A stretch of DNA of 64,000 nt from Eledone cirrhosa (lineage: Eukaryota). Position 1 is the stretch's first letter, and every line of letters begins with the position of its first letter. The notes beneath the pieces are model-generated. The model was not told where the DNA came from and did no database searches. It was given only the letters and a program-made list of their open reading frames with translations. Shown here piece by piece: positions 14,122-27,282 of the stretch. The stretch covers positions 365,304,001 through 365,368,000 of the forward strand of contig OZ024743.1 of assembly GCA_964016885.1 (NCBI GenBank), read 5' to 3'. The translations under genes were made by a program, and so were the position numbers.

Positions 14122-14684
14122 GTCAGGTCACCTTTCAGCGCTACTGGTAACAGGTAACCCAGTATAACTTGTGCAAGATCGGGTTGTCGGTGAATAAACC
14201 GGCAACCCCACCAAGCTTGCTTGGTGAGGAGGGTGATTTTGGATACACTGCGTGATGAAAAACAAAACTCGTCAAAGAGCGGAGGAACTCAGGAGAGTCA
14301 ATGACCATCCAATAAAGATTTTATTGGGGGGAGGGAGTGGGGAGCGAGAGAGACTCTTAGTCTTCATTAAGACATCTCTCTATGAGAAGGTCACACTGAA
14401 ATAAAACCTGCAACTTCGTTTGCATCCATTGTTGTAGACCAGTTCTACTTTTTGGGCAAATGCTTTCGATGTTCAGAGAGTGAGATTGGCTCCGTGGAAA
14501 GCAATTCCTCACTTAAAAAATGCTTCAAGCATAGGCATCGCTTGATATGTGACAATTTTTGCGATGCATGGCATTGCTGGTGATAGGCAAGTCCCGGGCA
14601 GGACTAAAAGGCAACGTCCGTGATGCTCATGCTTAAGTAACAAGCGATGGCATTACTCGAAATAGAGTTGCAGTCATCATGTAT
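14122..14684 (+). mobile_element. Older copy of the 0.6-kb RTE-derived non-autonomous element
   Basis: Reverse-complement similarity to 4560-5168 and 18449-19078. Confidence 0.65.
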
Positions 14685-15155
14685 CTCTCTCTCTGTCTCT
14701 CCCCCCCCCTCTCTCTCTCCCCCCCCTCTCTCTCTCCCCCCCCTCTCTCTCTCTCTCTCTCTCGCTCTCTCTCATATATATATATATAACAACAATAACA
14801 ATAAATAACATAAAAGCAATTCTATACTTTCTGATCAGTGGATACATGCAATTTGTTGGGGGACATGCGGTGTTTTATTTTCTATTTAGTGTTGCATCAA
14901 ATAATACTAAATGCAAAAGTCCCTTTAATGTCTATCTAAAGTAATTATGTACATATATCCGAACATAAATTTCAGGCCGAATCATTGCAACACAGTAAAT
15001 GACAAAGCTGGACTTGTGAATATGACGGCCTTCCAAACAGTTTTTCTAACCTGTCAGGGAGATTAGATAGACGGAATCGTCCAGCCTCAATGGATTGAGG
15101 CTATGGTAAGACACCTCCTAGAATAGAACCTGCATTTATTGACCAAATGAATCTT

Positions 15156-15815
15156 TTAATCCCTCAGATATACCACTCTGGTGTAACACACCTTTAACCA
15201 CTCAGATATTCTACTCAGGTGTAACACACCTTTAACCACTCAGATATTCTACTCAGGTGTAACACACCTTTAACCATTCAGATATTCTACTCAGGTGTAA
15301 CACACCTTTAACCACTCAGATATTCTACTCAGGTGTAACACACCTTTAACCACTCAGATATTCTACTCAGGTGTAACACACCTTTAACCACTCAGATATT
15401 CTACTCAGGTGTAACACACCTTTAACCATTCAGATATTCTACTCAGGTGTAACACACCTTTAACCACTCAGATATTCTACTCAGGTGTAACACACCTTTA
15501 ACCACTCAGATATTCTACTCAGGTGTAACACACCTTTAACCACTCAGATATTCTACTCAGGTGTAACACACCTTTAACCACTCAGATATTCTACTCAGGT
15601 GTAACACACCTTTAACCATTCAGATATTCTACTCAGGTGTAACACACCTTTAACCACTCAGATATTCTACTCAGGTGTAACACACCTTTAACCACTCAGA
15701 TATTCTACTCAGGTGTAACACACCTTTAACCACTCAGATATTCTACTCAGGTGTAACACACCTTTAACCACTCAGATATTCTACTCAGGTGTAACACACT
15801 TTTAACCACTTAGGT
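15156..15815. repeat. 38-bp minisatellite, about 17 units
   Basis: Unit GGTGTAACACACCTTTAACCACTCAGATATTCTACTCA starting every 38 bp from 15180 to 15788; C>T variant in units 3, 7 and 12. Confidence 0.97.
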
Positions 15816-16202
15816 ATAACTCACCCAGCGGTATCATTTCCCATGATATCGCTACTCATTCAGTAACATACTACATTTAACTACTAAGTTCACTGATAGG
15901 CAGTTTACTCTTCCTTGCGTGATTATAGGAAAATTCTTTAAAAATAGAAAGCTGCACACGACTCAATGCATCCACCCACCTCTTTTCTGTCATATCTGTG
16001 TAGTTCCATGTGCTTGATATTTTTGTTGTGTTTTGTTGTGATATGTGGAATCGTTAGTCGAGGGTTTAATGAAATGGTGAATGCAGCTCTGCTTTCGTTG
16101 TAAGCACTTTGCAGCTTGCTGGCCTGGGATGCAAGAGAAAAGTAAATCTATAAATATTGTCCATGTGAGTGTATACACATACATGCATACACTCATGTAC
16201 AC

Positions 16203-16242
<40 letters not shown>

Positions 16243-16343
16243 ATGCAGGTAAGTGCGATTGTGTGCATATGTGCACGTGAGTATATATATATATACATGC
16301 TGCTGCTGCTACAACTGCTGACGACGATGGTGATGATGATGAT

Positions 16344-16775
16344 AATAATTGTTTCTACTTTTGGCACAAGGACAGCAAATTACCCAGTGCATTACTGGTA
16401 CTTTATTTTATCGACCCCGTAAGGATGAAAGGCTAAGTTAACCTCGGTGGGATTTGAACTCAGAATGGCAAGGGCCGTAACTCTATGCGTCAAAGCATGG
16501 CGTCCGACCCTCTACCGATACTGCCAATCCACAATGGTAATACATTTTGATTACCATGATTTCTAGTACAGGCACAAGGCCAATAATTTTGAAGGAGGGG
16601 AAAGTCGATTAAATCGACCCCAGTACGTTACTGGTTCTTTATTTTATCGACCACGTAAGGATGAAAGGCAAAGTAAACCTTGGCGGGATTTGAACTCAGA
16701 CCGTAAAGGACGGTAACTCTATGCTGCAAAGCATGGAGTCTGACTCTCTACCGATACTGCCAATCGACTCGCCCA
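16344..16775 (-). mobile_element. Two tandem tRNA-derived SINE copies
   Basis: Same SINE core at 16344-16533 and 16553-16775. Confidence 0.85.
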
Positions 16776-17399
16776 GTATGATGACCAAAATAATGATTAA
16801 GATAAAGATAATTATAATTCTGGAAGATGATGACAGTGGCAATAACCACCACTATGAATAATTCTGTAGAGGCTCTGTTGACGACATTGCTAAGTACTAT
16901 TTTTGCATTGACATTGTTATTGTTGTATTGTGTTTCAAAAATATACGTTTGCTGCCGAATATAAAACTAAAGGCGAGGACAAAATAAAATACGCACAGCA
17001 TAAATACCCACCCCGCCCCCCGCACACATCACACAAACAAAATGAAAAGAAATATTGTAACAATAATATCAATTGCATCCTAACTATTAACGAAAGTGCG
17101 AATAACAATAATAAACAACTATTAAAGAACAACAGAAGCGGGAACAACAACAACAACAACAACAGCACTAACACAATACAGAACAAACAAAAACCACAAA
17201 CAAATGATGCTTTATGAAAGTAAACATGACAGACTGCCAAATAGCTTCTATTTATAGAATTATTAATAGAGATAAGTATTATATGATATAAATAACAAAG
17301 GTAAAGGATAATACATACATACATAAACACATACATACATACATACATACATACATACATACATACATACATACATACATACATACATACATACATACA

Positions 17400-17476
17400 T
17401 GATGGCTGCCCCCTCGTTATCGAGTATGGCCATTGCACGAGGAGAAAAAAAAATAATAATAAATAAATAAAAAAGA

Positions 17477-17513
<37 letters not shown>

Positions 17514-17640
17514 TACATTAATAACAATAATAATAATAATAATAATAACAACAACAATAATAATAACGACAACAACAATAATAATATACATATACATATA
17601 CATATACACATACACATACACGCACACACATAAGCACATC

Positions 17641-17719
<79 letters not shown>

Positions 17720-17862
17720 TAGCAACTAACAGCGCTGCGATCGAATGTGGCTTTTTAGCCCAGCCAATGATCTAAAATGTCTTGCACAGAGTCGGCAACC
17801 AAAACATTCACTGGGAATAGTCGGCTGTGGTTGGAGTTCGTGTACTTTTGCATGTCGCTTGA
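17400..17862 (-). mobile_element. RTE LINE extreme 3' end (C2H2 finger, microsatellite-filled UTR, terminal stem-loop)
   Basis: CRLCARHFRSLAGLKSHIRS ends at 17726; 17400-17440 is the stem-loop end shared with the 0.6-kb family. Linking the two pieces is inferred. Confidence 0.65.
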
Positions 17863-17930
17863 CATACATACATACATACATACATACATACATACATACA
17901 TACATACATACATACATACATACATACATA

Positions 17931-18432
17931 GGAGGAAGAATATATTGAGACAGATGGCACTAAGGAATACTGGTGGAACCTGAAAATAAAAACTGCCACC
18001 AAATTAAAGCACAACTGGCCTGATATTGTAGTTTGGGACCACACATTGAAAACGTGTTCTGTTGTGGAGATCAGCTGCCCACTTGTGTAAACGTTGTCAG
18101 AAAAATACAGGAGAAGGAGGACATCTACGGACCATTGATGAGGAGCTTACAAATCCAGTATCCAAGATACACCTTTAGCTTCATACCCATCATTATTGGA
18201 GCTACGGGTTATATACCAACCCGCTTGGACCAAAGTATGACTGAACTTGGATTTGCGGACAAAAAGCGCAGCTCCCTAATTCATAGTCTACAAATGGCTG
18301 CGATAGCTGGCACCTTCAAAATATGCAAAACATTCTTGCGATTCAAGGGATGACAATTTCTTTTCTTTTACAACCTTGCCACCAGGAAGGTGGCCGGTCA
18401 AAAAAATATACTCGAAATTAAGAGAAAGAGAA
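17931..18432 (+). mobile_element. R4/Dong-like non-LTR retrotransposon 3' fragment (restriction-like endonuclease), in (TACA)n
   Basis: YWWN....K.KHNWPDIVVWD..KTCSVVEISCP ... EKEDIY ... FIPIIIGATG across a frameshift. Confidence 0.8.
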
Positions 18433-18448
18433 TACATACATACATACA

Positions 18449-19078
18449 TGATGGCTGCCCCCTCGTTATCGAGTATGGCCATTGCACGATATAACATTAT
18501 TAATAACTATTAATTAATGCTATCGTGCAACGCCTGTGCGTGAAGATTCTTTTTAAAGTGAGGAAAGACTGTGCACTGAGCCAATCCCACTCTCTGAGCG
18601 ACAGTAGCTATAACCCGAAAAGAAGAAAGGATCAATATCATCGGGGACTACTGAGCCGCAGGATTTATGTCGGAGTTATCCCAGTTTCCCAAGTTGCCTT
18701 CTCCTATAAGAATGCCCTGACAAAAGCTAGGGTCCTTCACTCCCATTGGTTTAACCGCACGATCGGATATCCAGCCCGATTATTTCTATGTCGCCGCGAA
18801 TATATATATATACATTTGCATACATGTATACACTTATATACATATATATACACATGTATATATATGTATACACATATTTACACACTTTTGGATGGCCGTT
18901 TGACTCTCCTGAGTTCCTCCCCCCTTTGACAGGATTTGTTTTTCATCTCGCAGGGTGTCCAATATCACCCTCTTCCCCAAGCAAGCTTGGTGGGATTGCC
19001 GGTTTAGTCGCCAACGACCTGATAATGCATAGGTTGTACTGGGTTAGATGTTACCAGTAACCCTGAAAAGTGACCTGC
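18449..19078 (-). mobile_element. 0.6-kb RTE-derived non-autonomous element, young copy
   Basis: Highly similar to 4560-5168; flanked by (TACA)n. Confidence 0.65.
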
Positions 19079-19169
19079 CATACATACATACATACATACA
19101 AACATACATACATACATACATACATACATACATACATACATACATACATACATACATACATACATACAT

Positions 19170-20570
19170 ACTCAATTGGACGATAGACGAAATCCGAGCA
19201 GTTGATGTTGGAACTCGAAAAATACTGAACAACACCGGAAACTTCCACATCAACAGTGACATAGACCGCCTTTACTTGAAAACATAGGCAGGGAGGCAGA
19301 GGCCTAACATCAGTCCAGACAACATTTGAATGTCGCATCATATCTCTCCGACAACATCTACGAACCTCGAAGCGTAGGAGCCCGCTTCTCGAGCAAGTCT
19401 ATCTGCATGAAACAGGTAAGATCATGAGAGTTGGGAAGGAACTCCTTGAGAGATATTCCCTGTGTGATAATCAAAAACTCACACCCAGGGATGTCGCTCA
19501 GCAGTATCGCAGTGAATCCATGGATGAAAAACTGCATGCCTATCAACAAAAAATCATGTATGGATATGTTGCCAGGAAGCTCCAGAGTGAGAGTAATATA
19601 GAGAAGGAAAGTAGTCTATCTTGGACCAACAACCGCTATATTGGCTCCCACATTGAAGGATACGCTTTTGCAATCCAAGAACAGGAGATTAGCACGAAAT
19701 ACCTGATTCACAAGAGATAGGGATGCAGGCAAAACTCCTAAATGTGATAACAAGTGCAGACTCTGCAGAACTAACATCGAGGATATCACCCATGTCATCA
19801 GCAGCTGCCCAAAGATGTCATCGCGGTACTATCTACCTATGAGGCATGATGTAATGGCCAAAACACTGTACAATGCAGTTCGTAAAAAAGATAGCCCCGA
19901 TGATAAACACATTAAAAGCTACAACAATGTGGAAGACATCCATGTACATAATATGAAAGAGTACTGGTGGAATGTTCCAGTAAAAAACCCAATAAAATGC
20001 AGGCATATCAGACCAGATATTATGATATGGGACAGGGAGAAGAAAACATGCACAGTAGTGGAAATTAGCTGCCCAGCAGATGCCAATATAATATCAAAGA
20101 TTAGTGAAAAGGAGAATATTTATGCAGAACTGATGAGAAATCTGCAGATACTCCACCCTGATTACACCTTCAGATTTATGCCTGTGATTATTGGGGCACT
20201 GGGATATGTTAGTAACTGCCTCAATACAAATCTTGAGAAGCTAGGCTTCACAGGAACAGAAACAACACAACTAGTTAGGAAATTACAAGTACAATCCATT
20301 AATGGAACAGTAAAAATATGTAAAACATTCCAAACATTTTGCATCTAATAACTGCATATACACATGTACAGATACAAAGCATATACACATGCACACATAC
20401 AACTCAAAACATACACATCCACACATACAATAACATCCATATCTACACATGCATGCATGCATGCAGACATACATACATATCTACCTAGTTGATGTGTAAA
20501 TTCCAATGAGAGAGTCTTGTGTCTATGTTAGAAACCGACTCTCTCTCTATTGGTAAAACTTTGTGAAATT
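19170..20570 (+). mobile_element. 5'-truncated R4/Dong-like retrotransposon (RT thumb, CCHC knuckle, RLE domain)
   Basis: DIDRLYL...GGRGL, AIQEQEI.T, CRLC..NIEDITHVISSC, RHD, RPDI, VVEISCP, PVIIGALG; stops and frameshifts; preceded by (TACA)n. Confidence 0.9.
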
Positions 20571-20724
20571 ATAAAATCAGAAGAACATACATACATACAT
20601 ACAGGCATTTATACACACACACAGACACACACACACACATATATATGTGTGTGTGTGTGTTTATAAGTACCATATATGAAACATATATATCATAAAAATC
20701 TATAGAGATTTTTATACCAAATAA

Positions 20725-20930
20725 TGTTTTCTGATTTAGGCACAAGGCCAACAAATCTGGGGGAGTGGAAAGCCGATCAAATCAACCTCAGTGCATTACT
20801 GGTACTTTATTTTATCGACGCCATAAGGATGAAAGGCAAAGTTAACATCGGCGGGATTTAAACTCAGAACATACAGTACCGTAGCTCTATGCCGCAAATT
20901 ATGTTTTCCGACGCCATACCGATACTGCGA
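20725..20930 (-). mobile_element. tRNA-derived SINE (same family; another decayed copy 21315-21440)
   Basis: SINE core and B-box. Confidence 0.8.
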
Positions 20931-22393
20931 GTAAAACGCCTTTTTACACGAAATAATAAAATAGATTCTCTCCTCACTCATGAATATTAAACGAATAAAC
21001 CAATCAGAATGAAGTCTGTGAAATGGAAATATGTCCAACCATCATATATCGTTCGTAAAGGTTTCTGTTATTCGATTGAGACAATAGCCTGAAGTCCTGA
21101 AGAAGAATTTAAAGAGCCAAGTGCAGTTATAAGAAAGGAAAGGAGTTGATCGTCAGATCAACCAAGTAACAATATTTCTATTACTGATGCTATTTTCCGG
21201 TCGTAAATCCTGGTAGAGGTAGTGTGGTTTAGAACTGATACCTCACAGAGCTGAATTAGATACTGCAAAACATCCAATCCGACGCTTTAACAATTCTGCC
21301 TTCCAGCGTCCTGGATTGGTACTTTATTTATCGATCCCGAAAGGATAAAAGGCAAAGTTGACCTCGTCGGGATTTGAACACTGAGCGGAAGAACAATTAC
21401 GGAAGCATTTAATCCGAACGCTCTAAGAACTCTGCCAATTCACTGTATATACATACTGAAATTCAAAGACAAAATGGATTGGGTGAAGTTTCAATAATCT
21501 TTAGAATTTGTGAAATGAAAAAAAAAAAAAAAAAAGCAAATAGTTCAAAATTTAACATTCTCTTGCTCTCTTTATATTTTCTTTCTCGAATTTAAAGGCA
21601 AATCTTTGAGTGCATTCAATACTTTTTCTTCTTTCACTCAGTATTTTTTTCTGAATTGAAAAGCATGTGTTTTGATATTCATAAAAAAAACTTAAATTTC
21701 ACATCGTGTTGGTGAAATCCAGTTAAGATTGAAATACGTAAATGGGATTAGAATGATGCTAAGATTTTTATTAACCTAATAACTGTAACTAAATACAATT
21801 CTACAGGTGAACTTTACTTTGAATTATATAGGGCAGTTCCCATCCCTCTCATGAAAATTAAAACAAATGGAACTATGAGAATGTACCTTATATATGTATT
21901 ACTTATATATATAGAAGTGTGAAATTATGATAGAAGCATGTGAGAAGAAGGTAGAAGAAAGAGGGAGAGAGAAAGACAGACAGAAAGAAAGAAATTGTGT
22001 GTAAGTGTACCTGTGATTGTGAGTGTATTGGTGTGTGTGTGCATGCATGCGTGTGTGTGGAGTAAAAGTATAACCGGCTGCATTCCAAGTATCTGTTGCT
22101 ATTTATGACGTGAATAAAATGGAAAACAGATGCCAAACGAGGCTCTACATGGTGGAGGTAGGCGGGTAGATGGAGTGTTTTGCTGGATGGTTTAGCTTAA
22201 CTGTTTAACTTCGCCCCTCTCCCTCCCTTTCTCACGCATACACACCCTCTCGGTCTCTCTCTTTCTTAGATTTATTGTTTGGCTTTAGTGTTTTGTTTGT
22301 TGTCTTTATAATGTGTGTGTGGCTATGTGCATGTATCCACGTGCGTCTGTGTGTGAGTGCGTGTGTGCGCGCGTGTGTTTTGGGGGTGTTTCT

Positions 22394-22481
<88 letters not shown>

Positions 22482-22764
22482 AATATATATATATGTGTGT
22501 GTGTAGAAAGGTAACACACGAGTTGATATATATTAAAACAAATAGTAGAAAGGAAAAAGGGTTTTTTTTCCCTGTAGAAAATGTTGAAAAGATATTTTTA
22601 GTGAAATTTGAAAGCATTAATTTATTTACAATACCGGTTTCAGCATTAAATGCATTGTCATTGCGGATATGCAGAATATTGTTAAGTTGCATATTTGTAC
22701 AAATAGTGGAGATATTGATAATAACAAAAAGAGAAAAAAAGAAAATATAATTTAATATACATTA

Positions 22765-24345
22765 CGGAATTCCGTAGAAAACTAAGACTTAGCAAGGAAC
22801 TACACGCCAAGTACAATGAGGACGACTCACTAGCTAGAAACAGAAGCAACTACACCCCATCAAAAGGTAAGAACAAATTCCTTGTCCAATTCTGCGAACA
22901 CATTACAAATTACCCATATCAACACCTACACAGACATAAACACAGGCCAAACCTCAACAAGAAAGAATGGGATGAGCTGAACAGATTAAAGAATGATAAA
23001 ACTATAACAATCAAAGAGGCGGATAAAGGGAGTGCGGTAGTCCTTATGGAGACAAAATATTATACAACCCTAGTACTCTCATCTTTAGAAAACGAAACAT
23101 ACTACGAAAAGGCTCAACACTACAGCCAACAGAAAATAATGAGAAACCTAAAAACTCTAACAACCCTTTACAGAGAAGGACTTGCCGACAAGGAATACAA
23201 CTATATCACTCACTGACTTCAAAAGCAAACTCAGCCTTTTCTACGGTATCCCTAAGATACACAAAAGCGAAATAGTAAGTAAGGTATGCAAGGAAGCTAC
23301 AGACATATTCATCAATGTCCCCTCACCCAACGACCTCAAATTAAGACCTATAATAGCAGGTCGCGCCTGTGAAACCCACCGCCTTAGTAACTTCCTAGAT
23401 ATCCTGTTAAAACCATTCCTGAAACATATTAAAAGCTACATAAGGGACGACCTCGATATTCTCAACCACCTCCCCAAAATATTTAATAATGAACATACCC
23501 TACTAGTGTCTTTTGATGTAATCAACCTTTATTCCAATATCCCACACAACCTAGGAATAGAGGCAATCCAATTCTGGTTAGAAAATTACCCCAATCAACT
23601 ACCACACCGCATCATAAAAGAATTCGTAATGGAAGGCCTCAAATTTATCTTGGAGAATAACTACTTCGAATTCGATGCCAAATTCTACAGACAGAAATCC
23701 GGAACTGCCATCGGCACGAAAACGGCCCCCACTTACGCCAACCTCGCTATGGGATACTTGGAAATCACTCTCTACCGAAAAGCACTAGATAAATACGGAA
23801 ACCCCTTCTATCTCCACATAGAAAAAAACTGGAAGAGATATCTGGATGATTGCTTCATTCTCTGGCATGAAAGCATAGAAAGACGTTTTGAATTTAAAAA
23901 AAACTTCTAAGTGGACTCAACACAAACATTCAATTTACAATGGAATACAGCCACGAACAACTTCCTTTCCTCGACATCCTTATCAAGAAAACCAACAACA
24001 AAATAGAAACAGACATATACTATAAACCCACAGACTCCAAACAGTATCTTCCATCTAACTCATGCCACCCTAGACAAACCAAAATGAGCATTCCCTACAA
24101 CCTAGCCAAAAGGATCTGCACAATAGTATCTGATAAATACACGTGCTACATACGATTAGAAGAATTAAATAACACACTTATTAGCAGGAATTACCCACCA
24201 TCCCTAATCAACAATGGATTCCAACGTGCCCTAAAACTCAACATCCAGGAACTTAGACACCCCAAACCAAGGAATGAATCAAAAATGAATCAAACTCTAC
24301 CATACATCTCCACACACAATCCCCTTAACAATGAGGCATTGTTAT
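22765..24345 (+). mobile_element. Penelope-like element (Neptune-like) reverse transcriptase, disrupted and lacking the GIY-YIG domain
   Basis: ADKG.AVV, FYGIPKIHK, LRPII, SFDVINLYSNI, Q.SGTAIGT..AP.YANL, RYLDD, LPFLD, YYKPTD, SCHP; frameshifts near 23200 and 23900. Confidence 0.93.
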
Positions 24346-24435
24346 ACACGCATATATATATATATGTGAAATAAAGTGTCTTGCTCAAGGACATAACGCA
24401 TCGCCCGGTCCAGGAATCGAACTCACAAATTAGAA

Positions 24436-24948
24436 TTGGTGCTCTGAAATAGCGATATATATATGAATGTATATATAGTGTATTTTGCAATACACTGTAT
24501 GCTTAATTAAAAGCATTTTGAAGACCTTACGCTATTGTTTTAAAGTAGTGACAATGTCACTTACTTCAATTTTCAGCAAACAATGGGAGATAAGCTGACA
24601 GAGCTCTGTTTCGTACTTGTTGGTACTTATCAAAGCTCAGCACTCCTCCTGTCTGCTGAAAATTATGAATGTTGGATTCTTATAGAATTCCAGTAATAAA
24701 GAGGAACTGATTATACAGAGCGGTTGCCGGTCCAGCAAAAATTGAAAATTAGATTTGGTGCTCTGAAATAACGATATATATATATGGATGTATATATAGT
24801 GTATTTTGCTGAAATGGATGTATATATAGTGTATTTTGCTGAAAATTGAAGTAAGTGATATTGTCACTACTTTAAAACAATAGCGTAAGGTCTTCAAAAT
24901 GCTTTTAATTGAGCATACAGTGTATTGCAAAATACACTATATATATAC

Positions 24949-24955
<7 letters not shown>
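24436..24955 (-). repeat. Retrozyme/pLTR family B: about 1.2 tandem units (period about 319 bp) plus inverted end
   Basis: TTGGTGCTCTGAAATA at 24436 and 24755; inverted copy at 24830-24955; hammerhead inside. Confidence 0.75.
24592..24638 (-). ncRNA. Type I hammerhead, U3:A8 variant (family B)
   Basis: GAGCT-TTGATAA-GTAC(CAACAA)GTAC-GAAA-CAGAGCTCTG-TC-AGCTT. Confidence 0.82.
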
Positions 24956-24995
<40 letters not shown>

Positions 24996-24996
<1 letters not shown>

Positions 24997-25420
24997 TACC
25001 TGAATGACCCGGTTACTGCTATTCTTATTCAGATTAGTAGACAATAAATATGAAGATTTTTTTTCTCATAATTATTCAAAATATTTATATTTTATTTTAA
25101 AAATATCAAAATTGTAATGATAATAGAATTTAGAAATGAAAATCTGTCAATCTTGAAGCACCTCAGGATAAACATTATTCATTGTTTAATGTTTTGTTGG
25201 TGTCCAAATGAATAAATTGTTGCTGCTTCCAACTCGTGAGCAACCAACATAGAGTTGACCGTGGGAGAAACATGTAGTAGAGAGATCACGTCAAACTACC
25301 TTGAGGGATTGACCCTGAGATTTGTTAATTGAAATAAAAAAAACTTAGTTTGACTGGAAACTGAACAAATAGAACAGCTGTAGGTATGAGAGGAAGTTTT
25401 AGAATAAAAACATTTGTTTT
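24996..25420 (-). mobile_element. Helitron 3' fragment (PIF1-type helicase motifs V/VI)
   Basis: Minus translation SINKSQGQSLKVV ... CFSHGQLYVGCSRVG; decayed 3' terminus near 24996. Confidence 0.85.
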
Positions 25421-25999
25421 TCAATATTATAAACAATAAGTGTCAACATCCAAAAGAAATATATGTTAATTATTATTTTTGTATGCAGTGTAAATTAACC
25501 AAATATAAACAGATTAACCAAATATAAGCAAATGTATTAACTGCTATTTTAACGGTATAAATGAACAGGCACACATACACTCACACAAACATACACTTAT
25601 AAAAACACACACAGACATACATTCATACAAACATACACAGAGTTTCACCACTTACAGACACACCTACACTCACACAAACTCATAAAAAACACACACAGAC
25701 ATACATTCATATAAACACACACAGTTTCACCCCCAGCGTTTCGTTATATCAGTCATCACAGAAATGTATGTATACTCACACAGACTTACACTCACACACA
25801 TATACTTGTCAGTCATCACATGTGTAGATGTGTGAGTATGTTTAATTCTCTGTGTATCTGATTAAGATGTGTGTATATAACTTACTAAGGCCTAACGTAC
25901 GTAATGAACACGTAAACACACACACGCGCTCACAAACACATACACTCATATACAACATGTGTCGTCGTCGTGGTGTTATAAAATGTCCGTTTATTATAG

Positions 26000-27025
26000 T
26001 TGACTATTGTAGAATAGTTTAGTTAAAATGTTATATTGTTTTAATCCAAATGAAAATAAAAAGTACATGTTGTTAATCCAGCAACTAATACAAAAATGAG
26101 TAAAAATATAAATAACAATAACAAAGAAAAATACAAACAATAGAGTTCCCCAATAGAGGGATAACCCCCGGGATCGACTCAGGTACCCCACTAATCCTTC
26201 GAGGGCACCCGGAAAGGGCAACACTTTCTTCCACAAATTAACCAGCCTACAGGCGGATGCTCAGAGTAGGCCCTTTCACACGGGCCATTCTCGCCACATT
26301 CACCCACATTTTAGCAAATGTAATGGAGGCAGCACTTCTCTCTCCACCCTCACCTTCCTTTCCAAGTAAAACTTGAAAATGCTGATGAGGGATAGGCCGA
26401 AGAGAAAAGTGTCTGTTTTCAGTCCTTTCAGCCTGGTCCACCATACAAAGTCTTCCGCTACTGCCACCAGGCAGAGGAAAATTGCCTGCTATTCCTGGCT
26501 AAAAGAAGGCGGCAGGTCGATATTCACTATGGACTCGGCCAATAGCCGGATCCGGTCTACACGCGACAACTGTTCGACATGACTGAACTCCACAAGTCAG
26601 TAATGCACGGACACTGGACGAATGCATGCAGAACGGTTTCGTCCTTCTGTGCGCATCTCGGGCAGGTCCGGCCAATAACACTTCCGTGCCTGTAGAATTT
26701 ATCTCAAATCGGCAGTACCTTCCGGTAGCACTGCCAAGCTAGGGATTTCTGGAAGTTATCCATCATCCCCGGCTTGAAAGTTCTCCGGAACACACTGGTC
26801 AGATCGATTTCGTCGACGCCCAGAGCCTCTCTGAGTGCATCGTCGCACTTGCCCACCACTTATCCTTTATTATACTCGAGAGTGGAAGTTCCACTGACCA
26901 CATTGCCCGGCTGGTAGAGGGCAGTGAGTTCCTGACAGCATTCATGATGCCAGGCGCCCATTCTCGGTCTCTTCTTGACCCAGGACTGAAGCTCAGTCAA
27001 AGAGACGAGCTGCAGAAAGGCCCGT
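26000..27025 (-). mobile_element. L1/Tx1-clade LINE 3' fragment
   Basis: Minus translation LAWQCYRKVLP ... CPRCAQKDETVLHAFVQC (CCHC) ... FAKMWV; 5' truncation abuts (CA)n. 3' boundary approximate. Confidence 0.75.
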
Positions 27026-27027
27026 CT

Positions 27028-27147
<120 letters not shown>

Positions 27148-27194
27148 CATGTGTGTGTGTATGTGTGTGTGTGTGCGTGTGTGTGTGTGTGTGT

Positions 27195-27282
<88 letters not shown>

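Noticed and set aside
15156-15815. CRISPR-like array
   Set aside because: Units are contiguous with no unique spacers; eukaryotic context; no cas genes.
22070-22130. Cluster of TEAD/Hox/CRE-like motifs
   Set aside because: Short motifs with no conservation or chromatin data to support them.
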